Assembly (NCBI GenBank): GCA_964016885.1
Contig: OZ024743.1
Coordinates: forward strand, 137,640,001 to 137,704,000
Source: Eledone cirrhosa
Taxonomy: Eukaryota
Direction: 5' to 3'
DNA length: 64,000 nt
Shown: one piece after another, positions 1 through 12,380 of the stretch
Layout of the letters: each line of letters begins with the position of its first letter
How positions within the stretch are numbered: the stretch's first letter is position 1
Program-made: the position numbers and the translations under genes
Notes under the pieces: model-generated
Told to the model about the DNA's origin: nothing
The model's input: only the letters and a program-made list of their open reading frames with translations
Database searches by the model: none

Positions 1-366
1 TTTGGTGATTGGTGCTTGGTGTTTGCTGTTTGGTGTTTGGTGTTTGGTGTTTGCTGTTCGGTGTTTGGTGCTGGGTGCTTGGTGTTTGGTGTTTGATGCT
101 TGGTGTTTGATGCTTGGTGCTTGGTGCTTGGTGTTTGGTGTTTGGTGTTTGCTGTTTGGTGTTTCGTGCTTGGTGCTTGGTGCTTGGTGTTTGGTGCTTG
201 GTGTTTGGTGCTTGGTGCTTGATGGTTGGTGTTTGTACTTGGTGCTTGGTGCTTGGTGTTTTGTGCTTGATTCTTGGTGTTTGGTGCTAGGTGTTTGCTG
301 CTTAGTGCTTGGTGTTTGGTGTTTGGTGCTTGGTGTTTGGTGCTTGGTGCTTGGTGCTAGGTGTTA

Positions 367-1005
367 GGTATTTGGTGGTTGGTGTTTGGTGTTTGGTGCT
401 TCATGCTTGGTGCTTGGTGTTTGGTGCTTGGTGCTTGGTGTTTGGTGCTTGGTGCCTGGTGCATGGTGTTTGGTGCTTGATGCTTGGTGTTTGGTGTTTG
501 GTGCTTGGTGTTTGGTGCTTGGTGCTTGGTGCTTGGTGTTAGGTGTTAGGTGTTTGATGCTTGGTGTTTGCTGTTTGGTGTTTGTTGTTTGCTGTTTGGT
601 GTTTGGTCTTTGGTGTTTGGTGCTTGGTGCCTGGTGCTTGTTGTTTGGTGATTGGTGCTTGGTGTTTGCTGTTTGGTGTTTGGTGTTTGGTGTTTGCTGT
701 TTTGTGCTTGATTCTTGGTGTTTGGTGCTTGGTGTTTGGTGCTTAGTGCTTGGTGTTTGGTGTTTGGTGCTTGGTGTTTGGTGCTTGGTGCTTGGTGCTT
801 GGTGTTAGGTGTTTGGTGCTTGGTGTTTGGTGTTTGGTGCTTCATGCTTGGTGCTTGGTGTTTGGTGCTTGGTGCTTGGTGTTTGGTGCTTGGTGCCTGG
901 TGCATGGTGTTTGGTGCTTGATGCTTGGTGTTTGGTGTTTGGTGCTTGGTGTTTGGTGCTTGGTGCTTTGTGTTTGGTGTTAGGTGTTAGGTGTTTGGTG
1001 ATTGG
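367..1005 (+). repeat. Short higher-order duplication, offset 441 bp (63 monomers)
   Basis: The landmark series CTTCATGC, GCCTGGTGCATGG, TGATG, GTTAGGTGTTAGG occurs at ~399-553 and again at ~840-994. ORFs 309..542 and 750..983 are near-identical at offset 441. Confidence 0.8.
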
Positions 1006-4000
1006 TGCTTGGTGTTTGGTGCTTGGTGCTTGATGTTTGGTGCTTGGTGCTTGGTGTTTGGTGCTTGGTGTTTGGTGCTTGGTACTTGGGGCTTGGTGTT
1101 TGGTGCTTGGTGCTTGGTGTTTGGTGCTTGGTGTTTGGTGTTTGGTGCTTGGTGTTTGGTGCTTGGTGCTTGGTGCTGGGTGGTTGGTGTTTGGTGCTTG
1201 GTGCTTGGTGTTTGGTGCTTGGTGCTTGGTGTTTGGTGCTTGGCGCTTGGTGCTTGGTCTTTGGTGCTTGGTGATTAGTGTTTGGTGCTTGGTGCTTGGG
1301 GTTTGGTGTTTGGTGCTTGGTGCTTGGTGTTTGGTGCTTGGTGCTTGGTGTTTGGTGCTTGGTGTTTGGTTTTTGCTGTTTGGTGTCTGGTGTTTGCTGT
1401 TTGCTGTTTGCTGTTTGGTGTCTGCTTTTTGGTGTTTGGTGTTTGCTGTATCGTGTTTGCTGTTTCGTGTTTATTGTTTGCTGTTTGGTGTTTGGTGTTT
1501 GGTGTTTGGTGTTTCCTGTTTGGTGTTTAGTCTTTGGTGCTTGGTGTTTGGTGCTTGGTGCTTGGTGTTTGGTGTTTGGTGCTTGGTGCTTGGTGTTTGG
1601 TGCTTGGTGCTTGTTGTTTGGTGATTGGTGCTTGGTGCTTGGTGTTTGGTGTTTGGTGCTTGGGGCTTGGTGTTTGGTGCTTGGTGCTTGGTGCTTGGTG
1701 CTTGGTGCTTGGTGTTTGGTGTTTGATGATTGGTGTTTGGTGTTTGGTGTTTGGTGCTTGGTGCTTGGTGTTTGGTGTTTGATGCTTCCTGCTTGATGCT
1801 TGGTGCTTGGTGTTTGGTGCTTCGTGCTTGGTGTTTGGTGCTTGGTACTTGGTGTTTGGTTCTTGGTGTTTGCTGTTTGCTGTTTGGTGTTTGGTGTTTG
1901 CTGTTTGCTGTTTGGTGTCTGCTTTTTGGTGTTTGTTGTTTGCTCTATGGTGTTTGCTGTTTCATGTTTGGTGTTTGCTGTTTGGTGTTTGTTGTTTGGT
2001 GTTTGGTGCTTGGTGTTTGGTGCTTGGTGCTTGGTGTTTGGTGCTAGGTGCTTGGTGCTTGGTGCTTGGTGTTTGGTGTTTGGTGCTTGGTACTTGGGGC
2101 TTGGTGTTTGGTGCTTGGTGCTTCGTGCTTGGTGTTTGGTGCTTGGTGCTTGGTGTTTGGTGTTTGGTGCTTGGTGCCTGGTGCTTGTTGTTTGGTGATT
2201 GGTGCTTGGTGTTTGCTGTTTGGTGCTGCGTGCTTGGTGCTTGGTGCTTGGTGCTTGGTGCTTGGTGTTTTGTGTTTGGTGTTTGATGCTTGGTGTTTGG
2301 TGTTTGGTGCTTGGTGCTTGGTGTTTGGTGTTTGATGCTCGGTGCTTGATGCTTGGTGCATGGTGCTTGGTGTTTGGTGCTTGGTGCTTGGTGTTTCTAC
2401 TTGGTGTTTGGTGCTTGGTGTTTGGAGCTTGGTGCTTGGTGTTTGGTGCTTGGTGCTTGGTGTTTGGTGTTTGGTGCTCGGTGTTTGGTGCTTGGTGCTT
2501 GGTGCTTGGTGTTAGGTGTTTGGTGCTTCATGCCTGGTGCTTGGTGTTTGGTGCTTGGTGCTTGGTGTTTGGTGCTTGGTGCCTGGTGCGTGGTGTTTGT
2601 TGCTTGGTGCTTGGTGTTTGGTGTTTGGTGCTTGGTGTTTGGTGCTTGGTGCTTGTTGTTAGGTGTTAGGTGTTTGGTGCTTGGTGCTTGGTGCTTGGTG
2701 TTTGGTGTTTGGTGTTTGGTGCTTGCTGCTTGCTGCTTGGTGTTTGGTGCTTGGTGATTGGTGCTTGGTGTTTGGTGCTTGGTGCTTGGTGTTTGGTGCT
2801 AGGTGCTTGGTGCTTGGTGCTTGGTGTTTGGTGTTTGGTGCTTGGTACTTGGGGCTTGGTGTTTGGTGCTTGGTGCTTCGTGTTTGGTGTTTGGTGCTTG
2901 GTGCTTGGTGTTTGGTGTTTGGTGCTTGGTGTTTGGTGCTTGGTGCTTGGTGCTTGGTGCTTGGTGTTTGGTGCTTGGTGCTTGGTGCTTTGTGTTTGGT
3001 GATTGGTGTTTGGTGTTTGGTGCTTGGTGCTTGGTGTTTGGTGCTTGGTGCTTGGTGATTAGTGTTTGGTGCTTGGTGCTTGGGGTTTGGTGTTTGGTGC
3101 TTGGTGCTTGGTGCTTGGTGCTTGGTTCTTGGTGTTTGGTGCTCGGTGCTTGGTGCTTGGTGTTTGGTGCTTGGTGCTTGGTGTTTGGTGCTTGGTGTTT
3201 GGTGCTTGGTGTTTGGTGCTTGGTGCTTGGTGCTTGGTGCATGGTGCTTGGTGTTTGGTGCTTGGTGTTTGGTGCTTGGTGTTAGGAGTTTGGTGCTTGG
3301 TGCTTGGTGTTTGGTGTTTGGTGCTTGGTATTTGGTGCTTAGTGATTGGTGTTTGGTGTTTGGTGCTTGGTGTTTGGTGCTTGCTACGTGGTGCTTGGTG
3401 CTTGGTGTTAGGTGTTTGGTGCTTGGTGCGTGGTGTTTGGTTTTTGGTGCTTGGTGCTTGGTGTTTGGTGATTGGTGCTTGCTGCTGGCTGCTTGGTGTT
3501 TGGTGCTTGGTGAATGGTGCTTGGTGTTTGGTGCTTGGTGTTTGGTGTTTGGTGCTAGGTGCTTGGTGCTTGGTGTTTGGTGCTTGGTGCTGGGTGGTTG
3601 GTGTTTGGTGCTTGGTGTTTGGTGCTGGGTGCTTGGTGTTTGGTGATTGGTGCTTGGTCTTTGGTGCTTGGTGTTTGTTGTTTGGTGCTTGGTGCTTGGT
3701 GTTTGGTGCTTGGTGCTTGGTGTTTGGTGCTTGGTGCTTAGTGTTTGGTGCTAGGTGCTTGGGGTTTGGTGTTTAGTGCTTGGTGCTTGGTGTTTGGTGA
3801 TTGGTGCTTGGTGCTTGGTCTTTGGTGTTTGGTGTTTAGTGCTTGGTGCTTGGTGCTTGGTGTTTGGTGCTTGGTGCTTGGTGCATTGTGATTAGTGTTT
3901 GGTGCTTGGTGCTTGGGGTTTGGTGTTTGGTGCTTGGTGCTTGGTGTTTGGTGATTGGTACTTGGTGTTTGGTGCTTGGTGTTTGCTGTTTGCTGTTTGG

Positions 4001-4484
4001 TGTTTTTGGTGTTTGCTGTTTGCTGTTTGGTGTCTGCTTTTTGGTGTTTGGTGTTTGCTCTATGGTGTTTGCTGTTTCATGTTTGGTGTTTGCTGTTTGG
4101 TGTTTGGTGTTTGCTGTTTGGTGTTTGTCTTTGGTGCTTGGTCTTTGGTGCTTGGTGTTTGGTGCTTGGTGCTTGGTGTTTGGTGTTTGGTGCTTGGTGA
4201 CTGGTGCTTGTTGTTTGGTGATTGGTGCTTGGTGTTTGCTGTTTGGTGTTTGGTGTTTGGTGTTTGGTGTTTGGTGTTTGGTGCTTGGTGCTTGGTGCTT
4301 GGTGTTTGGTGCTTGGTGCTTGGTGTTTGGTGCTTGGTGCTTGGTGTTTGGTGCTTGATGCCTGGTGCTTGTTGTTTGGTGATTGGTGCTTGGTGTTTGC
4401 TGTTTGGTGTTTGGTGTTTGGTGTTTGCTGTTTGGTGTTTGGTGCTGGGTGCTTGGTGTTTGGTGTTTGATGCTTGGTGTTTGA

Positions 4485-7400
4485 TGCTTGGTGCTTGGTG
4501 CTTGGTGTTTGCTGTTTGGTATTTGCTGTTTGGTGTTTGGTGCTTGGTGTTTGTTGTTTGGTGATTGGTGCTTGGTGTTTGCTGTTTGGTGTTTGGTGTT
4601 TGGTGTTTGCTGTTTGGTGTTTGGTGCTTCATGCTTGGTGCTTGGTGTTTGGTGCTTGGTGCCTGGTGCATGGTGTTTGGTGCTTGATGCTTGGTGTTTG
4701 GTGTTTGGTGCTTGGTGTTTGGTGCTTGGTGCTTGGTGCTTGGTGTTAGGTGTTAGGTGTTTGATGCTTGGTGCTTGGTGTTTGGTGTTTGGTGTTTGGT
4801 GTTTGCTGTTTGGTGTTTGGTCTTTGGTGCTTGGTCTTTGGTGCATGGTGTTTGGTGCTTGGTGCTTGGTGTTTGGTGCTTGGTGCCTGGTGCTTGTTGT
4901 TTGGTGTTTGGTGTTTGCTGTTTTGTGTTTGGTGCTTGGTGCTTGGTGCTTGGTGTTTGGTGCTTGGTGCTTGGTGTTTGGTGCTAGGTGCTTGATGCTT
5001 GGTGTTTGTACTTGGTGCTTGGTGCATGGTGTTTTGTGCTTGATTCTTGGTGTTTGGTGCTTGGTGTTTGGTGATTAGTGCTTGGTGTTTGGTGTTTGGT
5101 GCTTGGTGTTTGGTGCTTGGTGCTTGGTGCTTGGTGTTTGGTGTTTGGTGCTTCATGCTTGGTGCTTGGTGTTTGGTGCTTGGTGCTTGGTGTTTGGTGC
5201 TTGGTGCCTGGTGCATGGTGTTTGGTGCTTGATGCTTGGTGTTTGGTGTTTGGTGCTTGGTGTTTGGGGCTTGGTGCTTGGTGCTTGGTGTTAGGTGTTA
5301 GGTGTTTGGTGATTGGTGCTTGGTGTTTGGTGCTTGGTGCTTGATGTTTGGTGCTTGGTGCTTGGTGTTTGGTGCTTGGTGTTTGGTGCTTGGTACTTGG
5401 GGCTTGGTGTTTGGTGCTTGGTGCTTGGTGCTTGGTGTTTGGTGCTTGGTGCTTGGTGTTTGGTGTTTGGTGCTTGGTGTTTGGTGCTTGGTGCTTGGTG
5501 CTGGGTGGTTGGTGTTTGCTGCTTGGTGCTTGGTGTTTGGTGCTTGGTGCTTGGTGCTTGGTGTTTGGTGCTTGGCGCTTGGTGCTTGGTGTTTGGTGCT
5601 TGGTGATTAGTGTTTGGTGCTTGGTGCTTGGGGTTTGGTGTTTGGTGCTTGGTGCTTGGTGTTTGGTGCTTGGTGCTCGGTGTTTGGTGCTTGGTGTTTG
5701 GTTTTTGATGTTTGGTGTTTGGTGTTTGCTGTTTGGTGTCTGCTTTCTGGTGTTTGGTGTTTGCTGTATCGTGTTTGCTGTTTCGTGTTTATTGTTTGCT
5801 GTTTGGTGTTTGTTGTTTGGTGTTTGGTGTTTCCTGTTTGGTGTTTAGTCTTTGGTGTTTGGTGTTTGGTGCTTGGTGCTTGGTGTTTGGTGTTTGGTGC
5901 TTGGGGCTTGGTGTTTGGTGCAGCGTGCTTGGTGCTTGGTGCTTGGTGCTTGGTGCTTGGTGTTTGGTGTTTGATGATTGGTGTTTGGTGTTTGGTGTTT
6001 GGTGCTTGGTGCTTGGTGTTTGGTGTTTGATGCTTGCTGCTTGATGCTTGGTGCTTGGTGCTTGGTGCTTGGTGCTTGGTGCTTGGTGTTTGGTGCTTGG
6101 TACTTGGTGTTTGGTGCTTGGTGTTTGCTGTTTGCTGTTTGGTGTTTGGTGTTTGCTGTTTGCTGTTTGGTGTCTGCTTTTTGGTGTTTGTTGTTTGCTC
6201 TATGGTGTTTGCTGTTTCATGTTTGGTGTTTGCTGTTTGGTGTTTGGTGTTTGCTGTTTGGTGTTTGGTGCTTGGTGTTTGGTGCTTGGTGCTTGTTGTT
6301 TGGTGATTGGTGCTTGGTGCTTGGTGTTTGCTGTTTGGTGCTTGGGGCTTGGTGTTTGGTGCTGCGTGCCTGGTGCTTGGTGCTTGGTGTTTGGTGTTTG
6401 ATGATTGGCGTTTGGTGTTTGGTGTTTGGTGCTTGGTGCTTGGTGTTTGGTGTTTGATGCTTGCTGCTTGATGCTTGGTGCTTGGTGCTTGGTGTTTGGT
6501 GCTTGGTGCTTGGTGTTTGGTGCTTGGTACTTGGTGTTTGGTGCTTGGTGTTTGCTGTTTGCTGTTTGGTGTTTGGTGTTTGCTGTTTGCTGTTTGGTGT
6601 CTGCTTTTTGTTGTTTGTTGTTTGCTCTATGGTGTTTGCTGTTTCGTGTTTGGTGTTTGCTGTTTGGTGTTTGGTGTTTGGTGCTTGATGCTTGGTGTTT
6701 GATGTTTGATGCTTGGTGCTTGATGCTTGGTGCTTGGTGCTTGGTGTTTGGTGCTTGGTGCTTGGTGTTTGTACTTGGTGTTTGGTGCTTGGTGTTTGGT
6801 GCTTGGTGCTTGGTGTTTGGTGCTTGGTGCTTGGTGTTTGGTGTTTGGTGCTTGGTGTTTGGTGCTTGGTGCTTGGTGCTTGGTGTTAGGTGTTTGGTGC
6901 TTCATGCCTGGTGCTTGGTGTTTGGTGCTTGGTGCTTGGTGTTTGGTGTTTGGTGCTTCATGCTTGGTGCTTGGTGTTTGGTGCTTGGTGCTTGGTGTTT
7001 GGTGCTTGGTGCCTGGTGCATGGTGTTTGGTGCTTGATGCTTGGTGCTTGGTGTTTGGTGCTTGGTGCCTGGTGCTTGTTGTTTGGTGATTGGTGCTTGG
7101 TGTTTGCTGTTTGGTGCTGCGTGCTTGGTGCTTGGTGCTTGGTGCTTGGTGCTTGGTGTTTTGTGTTTGGTGTTTGATGCTTGGTGTTTGGTGTTTGGTG
7201 CTTGGTGCTTGGTGTTTGGTGTTTGATGCTTGGTGCTTGATGCTTGGTGCTTGGTGCTTGGTGTTTGGTGCTTGGTGCTTGGTGTTTGTACTTGGTGTTT
7301 GGTGCTTGGTGTTTGGAGCTTGGTGCTTGGTGTTTGGTGCTTGGTGCTTGGTGTTTGGTGTTTGGTGCTTGGTGTTTGGTGCTTGGTGCTTGGTGCTTGG

Positions 7401-10400
7401 TGTTAGGTGTTTGGTGCTTCATGCCTGGTGCTTGGTGTTTGGTGCTTGGTGCATGGTGTTTGGTGCTTGGTGTCTGGTGCATGGTGTTTGTTGCTTGGTG
7501 CTTGGTGTTTGGTGTTTGGTGCTTGGTGTTTGGTGCTTGGTGCTTGGTGTTAGGTGTTAGGTGTTTGGTGCTTGGTGCTTGGTGCTTGGTGTTTGGTGTT
7601 TGGTGTTTGGCGCTTGCTGCTTGCTGCTTGGTGTTTGGTGCTTGGTGCTTGGTGCTTGGTGTTTGCTGTTTGGTATTTGCTGTTTGGTGTTTGGTGCTTG
7701 GTGTTTGTTGTTTGGTGATTGGTGCTTGGTGTTTGCTGTTTGGTGTTTGGTGTTTGGTGTTTGCTGTTTGGTGTTTGGTGCTTCATGCTTGGTGCTTGGT
7801 GTTTGGTGCTTGGTGCCTGGTGCATGGTGTTTGGTGCTTGATGCTTGGTGTTTGGTGTTTGGTGCTTGGTGTTTGGTGCTTGGTGCTTGGTGCTTGGTGT
7901 TAGGTGTTAGGTGTTTGATGCTTGGTGCTTGGTGTTTGGTGTTTGGTGTTTGGTGTTTGCTGTTTGGTGTTTGGTCTTTGGTGCTTGGTCTTTGGTGCAT
8001 GGTGTTTGGTGCTTGGTGCTTGGTGTTTGGTGCTTGGTGCCTGGTGCTTGTTGTTTGGTGTTTGGTGTTTGCTGTTTTGTGTTTGGTGCTTGGTGCTTGG
8101 TGCTTGGTGTTTGGTGCTTGGTGCTTGGTGTTTGGTGCTTGGTGCTTGATGCTTGGTGTTTGTACTTGGTGCTTGGTGCATGGTGTTTTGTGCTTGATTC
8201 TTGGTGTTTGGTGCTTGGTGTTTGGTGATTAGTGCTTGGTGTTTGGTGTTTGGTGCTTGGTGTTTGGTGCTTGGTGCTTGGTGCTTGGTGTTTGGTGTTT
8301 GGTGCTTCATGCTTGGTGCTTGGTGTTTGGTGCTTGGTGCTTGGTGTTTGGTGCTTGGTGCCTGGTGCATGGTGTTTGGTGCTTGATGCTTGGTGTTTGG
8401 TGTTTGGTGCTTGGTGTTTGGGGCTTGGTGCTTGGTGCTTGGTGTTAGGTGTTAGGTGTTTGGTGATTGGTGCTTGGTGTTTGGTGCTTGGTGCTTGATG
8501 TTTGGTGCTTGGTGCTTGGTGTTTGGTGCTTGGTGTTTGGTGCTTGGTACTTGGGGCTTGGTGTTTGGTGCTTGGTGCTTGGTGCTTGGTGTTTGGTGCT
8601 TGGTGCTTGGTGTTTGGTGTTTGGTGCTTGGTGTTTGGTGCTTGGTGCTTGGTGCTGGGTGGTTGGTGTTTGCTGCTTGGTGCTTGGTGTTTGGTGCTTG
8701 GTGCTTGGTGCTTGGTGTTTGGTGCTTGGCTCTTGGTGCTTGGTGTTTGGTGCTTGGTGATTTGTGTTTGGTGCATGGTGCTTGGGGTTTGGTGTTTGGT
8801 GCTTGGTGCTTGGTGTTTGGTGCTTGGTGCTCGGTGTTTGGTGCTTGGTGTTTGGTTTTTGATGTTTGGTGTTTGGTGTTTGCTGTTTGGTGTCTGCTTT
8901 CTGGTGTTTGGTGTTTGCTGTATCGTGTTTGCTGTTTCGTGTTTATTGTTTGCTGTTTGGTGTTTGTTGTTTGGTGTTTGGTGTTTCCTGTTTGGTGTTT
9001 AGTCTTTGGTGTTTGGTGTTTGGTGCTTGGTGCTTGGTGTTTGGTGTTTGGTGCTTGGGGCTTGGTGTTTGGTGCTGCGTGCTTGGTGCTTGGTGCTTGG
9101 TGCTTGGTGCTTGGTGTTTGGTGTATGATGATTGGTGTTTGGTGTTTGGTGTTTGGTGCTTGGTGCTTGGTGTTTGGTGTTTGATGCTTGCTGCTTGATG
9201 CTTGGTGCTTGGTGCTTGGTGCTTGGTGCTTGGTGCTTGGTGTTTGGTGCTTGGTACTTGGTGTTTGGTGCTTGGTGTTTGCTGTTTGCTGTTTGGTGTT
9301 TGGTGTTTGCTGTTTGCTGTTTGGTGTCTGCTTTTTGGTGTTTGTTGTTTGCTCTATGGTGTTTGCTGTTTCATGTTTGGTGTTTGCTGTTTGGTGTTTG
9401 GTGTTTGCTGTTTGGTGTTTGGTGCTTGGTGTTTGGTGCTTGGTGCTTGTTGTTTGGTGATTGGTGCTTGGTGCTTGGTGTTTGCTGTTTGGTGCTTGGG
9501 GCTTGGTGTTTGGTGCTGCGTGCTTGGTGCTTGGTGCTTGGTGTTTGGTGTTTGATGATTGGCGTTTGGTGTTTGGTGTTTGGTGCTTGGTGCTTGGTGT
9601 TTGGTGTTTGATGCTTGCTGCTTGATGCTTGGTGCTTGGTGCTTGGTGTTTGGTGCTTGGTGCTTGGTGTTTGGTGCTTGGTACTTGGTGTTTGGTGCTT
9701 GGTGTTTGCTGTTTGCTGTTTGGTGTTTGGTGTTTGCTGTTTGCTGTTTGGTGTCTGCTTTTTGTTGTTTGTTGTTTGCTCTATGGTGTTTGCTGTTTCG
9801 TGTTTGGTGTTTGCTGTTTGGTGTTTGGTGTTTGCTGTTTGGTGTTTGGTGCTTGGTGTTTGGTGCTTGGTGCCTGGTGTTTGGTGCTAGGTGCTTGGTG
9901 TTTGGTGCTTGGTGTTTGGTGTTTGGTGCTTGGTACTTGGGGCTTGGTGTTTGGTGCTTGGTGCTTCGTGCTTGGTGTTTGGTGCTTGGTGCCTGGTGCT
10001 TGTTGTTTGGTGATTGGTGCTTGGTGTTTGCTGTTTGGTGCTGCGTGCTTGGTGCTTGGTGCTTGGTGCTTGGTGCTTGGTGTTTTGTGTTTGGTGTTTG
10101 ATGCTTGGTGTTTGGTGTTTGGTGCTTGATGCTTGGTGTTTGGTGTTTGATGCTTGGTGCTTGATGCTTGGTGCTTGGTGCTTGGTGTTTGGTGCTTGGT
10201 GCTTGGTGTTTGTACTTGGTGTTTGGTGCTTGGTGTTTGGTGCTTGGTGCTTGGTGTTTGGTGCTTGGTGCTTGGTGTTTGGTGTTTGGTGCTTGGTGTT
10301 TGGTGCTTGGTGCTTGGTGCTTGGTGTTAGGTGTTTGGTGCTTCATGCCTGGTGCTTGGTGTTTGGTGCTTGGTGCTTGGTGTTTGGTGTTTGGTGCTTC

Positions 10401-11066
10401 ATGCTTGGTGCTTGGTGTTTGGTGCTTGGTGCTTGGTGTTTGGTGCTTGGTGCCTGGTGCATGGTGTTTGGTGCTTGATGCTTGGTGCTTGGTGTTTGGT
10501 GCTTGATGCCTGGTGCTTGTTGTTTGGTGATTGGTGCTTGGTGTTTGCTGTTTGGTGCTGCGTGCTTGGTGCTTGGTGCTTGGTGCTTGGTGCTTGGTGT
10601 TTTGTGTTTGGTGTTTGATGCTTGGTGTTTGGTGTTTGGTGCTTGGTGCTTGGTGTTTGGTGTTTGATGCTTGGTGCTTGATGCTTGGTGCTTGGTGCTT
10701 GGTGTTTGGTGCTTGGTGCTTGGTGTTTGTACTTGGTGTTTGGTGCTTGGTGTTTGGAGCTTGGTGCTTGGTGTTTGGTGCTTGGTGCTTGGTGTTTGGT
10801 GTTTGGTGCTTGGTGCTTGGTGCTTGGTGTTAGGTGTTTGGTGCTTCATGCCTGGTGCTTGGTGTTTGGTGCTTGGTGCATGGTGTTTGGTGCTTGGTGC
10901 CTGGTGCATGGTGTTTGTTGCTTGGTGCTTGGTGTTTGGTGTTTGGTGCTTGGTGTTTGGTGCTTGGTGCTTGGTGTTAGGTGTTAGGTGTTTGGTGCTT
11001 GGTGCTTGGTGTTTGGTGTTTGGTGTTTGGCGCTTGCTGCTTGCTGCTTGGTGTTTGGTGCTTGGT
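4485..11066 (+). repeat. Tandem higher-order duplication of a ~3.15 kb unit (copy 1 ~4485-7638; copy 2 ~7639-11066 carrying a 287-bp insertion)
   Basis: The rare variant GGTATTTGCTG has its A at 4521 and 7675 (offset 3154). ORF pairs 5047/8201, 5712/8866, 6034/9188 and 6461/9615 are offset 3154. Pairs 6727/10168, 6890/10331 and 7090/10531 are offset 3441 (3154 + 41x7). Confidence 0.92.
5900..6690 (+). repeat. Nested tandem duplication, offset 427 bp (61 monomers); repeated at ~9055-9845
   Basis: ORF pairs 5978/6405, 6034/6461 and 9132/9559 are offset 427. The landmarks TGATGATT, TGATGCTTGCTGCTTGATG and TTTGCTCTATGG each occur twice. Confidence 0.85.
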
Positions 11067-12380
11067 GATTGGTGCTTGGTGTTTGGTGCTTGGTGCTTGG
11101 TGTTTGGTGCTAGGTGCTTGGTGCTTGGTGCTTGGTGTTTGGTGTTTGGTGCTTGGTACTTGGGGCTTGGTGTTTGGTGCTTGGTGCTTCGTGTTTGGTG
11201 TTTGGTGCTTGGTGCTTGGTGTTTGGTGTTTGGTGCTTGGTGTTTGGTGCTTGCTGCTTGGTGCTTGGTGCTTGGTGTTTGGTGCTTGGTGCTTGGTGCT
11301 TGGTGTTTGGTGATTGGTGTTTGGTGTTTGGTGCTTGGTGCTTGGTGTTTGGTGCTTGGTGCTTGGTGATTAGTGTTTGGTGCTTGGTGCTTGGGGTTTG
11401 GTGTTTGGTGCTTGGTGCTTGGTGCTTGGTGCTTGGTTCTTGGTGTTTGGTGCTTGGTGCTTGGTGCTTGGTGTTTGGTGCTTGGTGCTTGGTGTTTGGT
11501 GCTTGGTGTTTGGTGCTTGGTGTTTGGTGCTTGGTGCTTGGTGCTTGGTGCATGGTGCTTGGTGTTTGGTGCTTGGTGTTTGGTGCTTGGTGTTAGGAGT
11601 TTGGTGCTTGGTGCTTGGTGTTTGGTGTTTGGTGCTTGGTATTTGGTGCTTGGTGCTTGGTGTTTGGTGTTTGGTGCTTGGTGTTTGGTGCTTGCTACGT
11701 GGTGCTTGGTGCTTGGTGTTAGGTGTTTGGTGCTTGGTGCGTGGTGTTTGGTTTTTCGGTGCTTGGTGTTTGGTGTTTGGTGCTTGCTGCTGGCTGCTTG
11801 GTGTTTGGTGCTTGGTGATTGGTGCTTGGTGTTTGGTGCTTGGTGTTTGGTGTTTGGTGCTAGGTGCTTGGTGCTTGGTGTTTGGTGATGATTGGTGCTT
11901 GGTGCTTGGTCTTTGGTGCTTGGTGTTTGGTGTTTGGTGCTTGGTGCTTGGTGTTTGGTGTTTGGTGCTTGGTGCTTGGTGTTTGGTGCTTGGTGCTTAG
12001 TGTTTGGTGCTAGGTGCTTGGGGTTTGGTGTTTAGTGCTTGGTGCTTGGTGTTTGGTGCTTGGTGCTTGGTGCTTGGTCTTTGGTGTTTGGTGTTTAGTG
12101 CTTGGTGCTTGGTGCTTGGTGTTTGGTGCTTGGTGCTTGGTGCATTGTGATTAGTGTTTGGTGCTTGGTGCTTGGGGTTTGGTGTTTGGTGCTTGGTGCT
12201 TGGTGTTTGGTGATTGGTACTTGGTGTTTGGTGCTTGGTGTTTGCTGTTTGCTGTTTGGTGTTTTTGGTGTTTGCTGTTTGCTGTTTGGTGTCTGCTTTT
12301 TGGTGTTTGGTGTTTGCTCTATGGTGTTTGCTGTTTCATGTTTGGTGTTTGCTGTTTGGTGTTTGGTGTTTGCTGTTTGG
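11060..12380 (+). repeat. Dispersed copy of ~2750-4120 (offset 8311, then 8259)
   Basis: Shared rare variants GTTAGGAGTTT, TTGCTACGTGG, GGTGCGTGG and GCATTGTGATTAG. ORF pairs 2799/11110 and 3062/11373 are offset 8311; 3843/12102 and 3955/12214 are offset 8259. Confidence 0.9.
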
